DNA of 42,442 nt from Chrysochromulina tobinii. Lineage: Eukaryota. Of this stretch, positions 38,754 through 42,442 are shown piece after piece; within the stretch, counting starts at the first letter, position 1; each line of letters starts with the position of its first letter. The stretch is from NCBI GenBank assembly GCA_001275005.1, contig JWZX01003201.1:1-42442 (forward strand), read 5' to 3'. Below the pieces are notes generated by a model that had not been told where the DNA came from, ran no database searches, and saw only the letters and a list, made by a program, of their open reading frames with translations. A program made the position numbers and the translations under genes.

Positions 38754-39032
38754 ATCGTGCAGCAGTTCTCGCTTGCGCAGGTGCCGGACATCGACCTGGT
38801 GATCCGCGAGGAGCAGCTCCACTGGGTCACCGCGCTCCTGGAGTACCTCATGCAGGTCCCGATCCTGGGCCTCGACGAGCTGCCGGAGATTGCGAACATC
38901 CCGCCGGAGGTGGCCGTGTCGCCGGTTGCGCTGACGCCCATTAGCGCGTTTGTGACGGACGTGTCGGGCTGGCTCAACTTTACGCCGCCGCCTGTTCGCC
39001 GCGAGCTCTTCCCCAAGGACGAAGGAGCCTAA
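38754..39032 (+). CDS. Short coding-like ORF without ATG (truncated or decayed), unknown product
   Basis: Strong coding-like codon pattern (VQQFSLAQVPDIDLVIREEQLHWV...), but no in-frame ATG before the upstream TAA at 38706. Confidence 0.35.
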   Translation: MVQQFSLAQVPDIDLVIREEQLHWVTALLEYLMQVPILGLDELPEIANIPPEVAVSPVALTPISAFVTDVSGWLNFTPPPVRRELFPKDEGA

Positions 39033-39257
39033 GACCGAGGAGTGAACGGCGCGCGGTACATGGCGCGCGCGAAGTCCCGCCGCGTCGCTGAGACTGAGAA
39101 GGGCTGGCCGTGTCGGGTGACAATCCAGGCACGGCCACGCGCGCTCGAGAAGGGAAGGTGGAGGGTTGGGGACCGCAGCAATGTTAGGATGGCGCCCATA
39201 GGTGCTGTGTATACTAACATTCGAAAAAGGGATTCATTTTCCAGAGGTAGGCGGACG

Positions 39258-39458
39258 ATGTGGGCACTCGGCATCTGGTTCACAGGGGCGTTGCTTGTGA
39301 ACTACAACCTGCGAATCATTAACTCGAAGATACGGCTGTTTGAGGCTGCGTTGGATCGACCGGAGTTTAACGTGTCGCAGAAGCTCGGATTCTACAGGGA
39401 GCTGAAGAAGTTGGAGAGGGACCGGTACATAGCTGTGATCACGGAAGGTCTTGATTAG
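39258..39458 (+). CDS. Small hypothetical protein (66 aa) with a hydrophobic N-terminus
   Basis: ATG-started MWALGIWFTGALLVNYNLRIINSKIRLFEAAL...; composition is less GC-rich than the host genes. Confidence 0.4.
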   Translation: MWALGIWFTGALLVNYNLRIINSKIRLFEAALDRPEFNVSQKLGFYRELKKLERDRYIAVITEGLD

Positions 39459-39460
39459 GC

Positions 39461-39719
39461 TCAACCGTGGAAGTCTCGGGCGTTTCTTCGCCAAACTAGA
39501 CGTCGACGTTCGAGCCACCCCTTAATAACCGCGATGAGACGGTTGAGGATTTGTTCGACCCTGCTTCGCACTCGACGGGTGTTCTTGTAATGCGGTGTGA
39601 ACCAGAAGGGTGGGAAGTCGTCGCCCCCCCCGCCCGCCGCCGCCCCCTCCCCCGCCGCCTCCGCCGCCCGGATGGTTACCTTGGAATAGCATGTCGGGTT
39701 CGTCAATCATGAACGTCAT
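39461..39719 (-). CDS. Small hypothetical poly-Gly + basic protein, with a probable frameshift in the C8 run (39624-39631)
   Basis: MTFMIDEPDMLFQGNHPGGGG... joins ...GDDFPPFWFTPHYKNTRRVRSRVEQILNRL... after a 1-nt correction. Convergent with the 39258 ORF, stops 2 nt apart. Confidence 0.35.
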
Positions 39720-40126
39720 TAGAATTAGGGGGCGCTCGGGGTTGCCGTCTTAGGCAGGTGCTCGGACTATCCATTTTCGGCAGGAGAGTGGGTTTCGTCG
39801 GAGTTCGTTAAAGATTCGTCACACATGTCATCGTATGCTTCAGGTTCGTTAAAAAAAATCTGATGTTCCCCCCGGGACACACAGGACGGACACACGCGCA
39901 CGGAAGATGTGTGTAATGTTAACGACGAAAGTGTTCGCCCGCTCGCGTTAAAGGGCCGCGCCGGCGGGAACCTGCACGCTCGGGCGCAGAGCTTACTCAA
40001 AGTCTTCAAGACTGGTAATTCTCCAGGTTTACCAGGTACTCAGGGTTTCCACGCAGCTGCCCTCCCCCTTTGCCACTGGGCAGACTGGATGCGTACGTAC
40101 CGGGGTACAGTCTGTACAGTGTACTC

Positions 40127-41128
40127 TCACCGCTTCTCTATAGAGGGCTCCTCAGGGCTGCCACTCAGCAGCTTTGCCACTGGCAGACTGGTGTTCTCAA
40201 ATTTTGCACGCAACGGTATGTATGTGGATGGCGGAGCGCGCCGTGCCAGCTCAGCGAGCAACGGGCTCTTCGATCCCGCCCCATTGGTGTGCAAGACGCA
40301 CGGCACCGTGCCAGTACGGCGAAACATGAACTTGCCGTTGGGGAGCTGCTCAAGGTCGCTCATGTTCATCTTGTGCAAAGACAGGAACAGCGTCGCGTTG
40401 TGATCAAGCTTATAGTCGACGCTGCTTATGAACTCGTGAGTGATCGGGTCGAAGGTACCATTCTGTAGCGCTGATTGCGTGCAGAGCTGCGCCTCGACGA
40501 CGCACCAGGGGGTTGCGTCGCCACGAAGAACACGAGGGCAGCACGGAAACTTGGAGAACTGCGCTCGTTGGATGTCTCGTATCCGCGCAAATGACGCTCT
40601 CGTGCCCATCACGACGCCCGAGTTTGGATAGCGCAGCATCGATGGGGTAGGTGGCCAAGGGTCATGTTGGTATGCTGGCTTTGGGTTCCACTCCAGCTCA
40701 GTGCCAATCACAAGTGGTGCCTGAAACGTACGCCACCGCTCGAGGAACTCCTTCGCCGTGCATTGAATCAAAATATCAGTGTCTAGGAGGACGAACGGTT
40801 CAAGCTGTCCCTCGCCTGCCGACTCCAGGATCCAGCTGAATTGTTGGGTGGTTGCAAACTGGATGGGGATGGGCTTTTGTTTCTGCTGCCGAAACGGGAC
40901 TGCGCGCAGACCGACCCTTCTCAGGTCCGCCTTAGCGTCAAGCCAGTGTCGAGTCCACCACCAGCTCACGGTGACCCTGAAATCTTCCGGCGCAGGCGCA
41001 ACCTTGAAGTTCGTGTGAAAGAAAATAGAGAGTTGCTGCGGCGATCGGTCCATGGCGATTGGCGGTTTTGCTTTTTTAAGATTGACTGGACGAGCGAGCT
41101 GCGCGGCGCGCAGAGCGCCGCGCTGCAA
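40127..41128 (-). CDS. PLOD/LH3 N-terminal-type glycosyltransferase-like protein; 5' end uncertain
   Basis: FVLLDTDIL..EFLERW...PLVIGTE, YPNSGVVMG, LDHNATLF and P.VLH.NG match the procollagen lysyl-hydroxylase GT-domain pattern. Confidence 0.65.
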   Translation of the reverse strand: MQRGALRAAQLARPVNLKKAKPPIAMDRSPQQLSIFFHTNFKVAPAPEDFRVTVSWWWTRHWLDAKADLRRVGLRAVPFRQQKQKPIPIQFATTQQFSWILESAGEGQLEPFVLLDTDILIQCTAKEFLERWRTFQAPLVIGTELEWNPKPAYQHDPWPPTPSMLRYPNSGVVMGTRASFARIRDIQRAQFSKFPCCPRVLRGDATPWCVVEAQLCTQSALQNGTFDPITHEFISSVDYKLDHNATLFLSLHKMNMSDLEQLPNGKFMFRRTGTVPCVLHTNGAGSKSPLLAELARRAPPSTYIPLRAKFENTSLPVAKLLSGSPEEPSIEKR

Positions 41129-41868
41129 GATCCGGTAGGAAGGTGTGGCTCACAGAATGGCCAACTGATCCAGCCAGATGAGCAGAGCCGCGTCGTGCTC
41201 CGTTGCATCCACACCTATAAACAAATTCCGCAAAAAGGTCTGCTGTGAAACACAAAAAGCAAAAAGCAAAAAGGCTTAATTTGATCCGAAAACGCACGCG
41301 GTGTTTTTAGAACAATCAGCGGCGCCTCATATGGGCGGTGTGAATGTACCCCGCCCGCGCTAAACAAATTTCTGAGTGGGTTTCTCACCTTTTCTGTGTG
41401 TGCTCGGCGTACTGTTCGCGGAGCTGTGTTTGGGGGGTTACGGTTACGGCCCGAAGCATTGAAGCATACTATATGCAATTCGCATTGGTGCCGGCCGGTG
41501 TCGATCACCCCTAGACACAGGCGCGCCCGCCAGGGGCGCACACACATCTGATCGGTGTCGATCCCTGACCCTCTGTCCGGTCGAAAGTCGATTTTTATTT
41601 TGGGTCGCGCCGAATTAAGCGCGCGAAGCCTCAAGCCACTACACTTGAACATGGTTTGTTTTTTTCAGTTGTACATGAGAAGCGAAAAGCAGAAAATATT
41701 GCAGACTCTAATGAGCACCGCAGAACGGTCCCAGCCGAGCATAGCTGCATAGGTACGCATCTGCATAGGTACGCATCTGCTGAAAGGAACTTGAATCGCT
41801 CCGGTGGCATCGCGCTGAGATATCCGCTGTCGACCCGCCGATTGCGAGGAGCGTGGCTGGCCACACTG

Positions 41869-42442
41869 TCAACCTGCCGGTTCGGCGGGTTGATACGCGG
41901 GTTGATACGCGGGTTGATACGCGGGTTGATACGCGAGTTGCACGTGGAAGACCCACGCGCATGAAGCTCGGCCAAGATCCTCTTCCCGATTGCAAGAGGC
42001 AAGAGTGCTCTTGCCGATGCCTTCGCGCCCGCTTTTGTGAGCTTCCTGTGCAAAGGACGCCTCAGCAGACCTACGAGGCACGACTCGCCAAGTACGTTGG
42101 CATTCTGCACAGTAATCAGGCTCGGGGTCACCTGCGCGACGACGCTTGCAGCTGAGCGCCTCACGCACAGCGTAGTTCATGCGGTTGGGTTGGTGCACAA
42201 CAGAGATTGTAGCGTTGCGCATGTTGAGCACCACGCCGCGATGGTTGAGTAGGACATCTCGGCCGATCCTCATGCCCGCGGCGCCCGAGATGTACACCTC
42301 GTCGTATTGTAGCACACGCACCGGCACTGGGCGTGGCTGCCGAAGAAACTCGTCGTAGAGGAGCCAGATGTGGATGCCTTGGTCGTAACCCTTAGCGAGC
42401 ATCCAATTCTCCGTCTCCAACCGCGGAAGCCGTGGCACCAGC
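41869..42442 (-). CDS. 3' part of a putative glycosyltransferase-like protein (runs off the window)
   Basis: YDQGIHIWLLY ... GVVLN...VVHQPNR resembles the DQG.HN...VVHQYDR motif family; (AYQP)n tail. Confidence 0.5.
   Translation of the reverse strand, partial: LVPRLPRLETENWMLAKGYDQGIHIWLLYDEFLRQPRPVPVRVLQYDEVYISGAAGMRIGRDVLLNHRGVVLNMRNATISVVHQPNRMNYAVREALSCKRRRAGDPEPDYCAECQRTWRVVPRRSAEASFAQEAHKSGREGIGKSTLASCNREEDLGRASCAWVFHVQLAYQPAYQPAYQPAYQPAEPAG
41885..41932. repeat. 12-nt minisatellite (GCGGGTTGATAC)x4
   Basis: Four perfect tandem copies. Confidence 0.95.

Noticed and set aside
1..42442. Prokaryotic or giant-virus origin of the whole window; rRNA/tRNA genes; intact transposase or reverse transcriptase
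   Set aside because: Introns and core eukaryotic genes indicate nuclear DNA. No RNA-gene or transposase/RT motifs were recognised by eye.

Overview
A gene-dense, GC-rich eukaryotic nuclear region. It is probably from a haptophyte or similar alga, inferred from GT-AG introns with GTGCG/GTGAG donors, a spliceosomal SLU7 gene, PPR proteins with signal-like N-termini and CDDGGPG Cys-rich repeats. Recognisable genes, left to right: kinesin with polyQ/coiled-coil tail; Tudor-knot chromatin protein; RRM + 2OG-Fe(II) dioxygenase; SLU7; adrenodoxin-type ferredoxin (one intron); an orphan; thiamine pyrophosphokinase; MAPKK (frameshifted as assembled); BCS1-like AAA ATPase; IQ + RBR E3 ligase; a protein resembling a stand-alone dynein stalk/microtubule-binding domain; a filamin-repeat protein; a PPR and a PPR-SMR protein; a bacterial-looking YfcE phosphoesterase-MOSC-alkyltransferase-like (ATL) triple fusion; and glycosyltransferase-like genes. 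Intergenic DNA carries MITE-like and foldback repeats and a cluster of tiny virus-like ORFs at about 38.7-39.9 kb. The best novelty candidates are the phosphoesterase-MOSC-ATL fusion (apparently joined by a 31-nt tandem duplication), the RRM + TET/JBP-like dioxygenase, and the free-standing dynein stalk protein. All family calls are motif recognition by eye; no searches were run.
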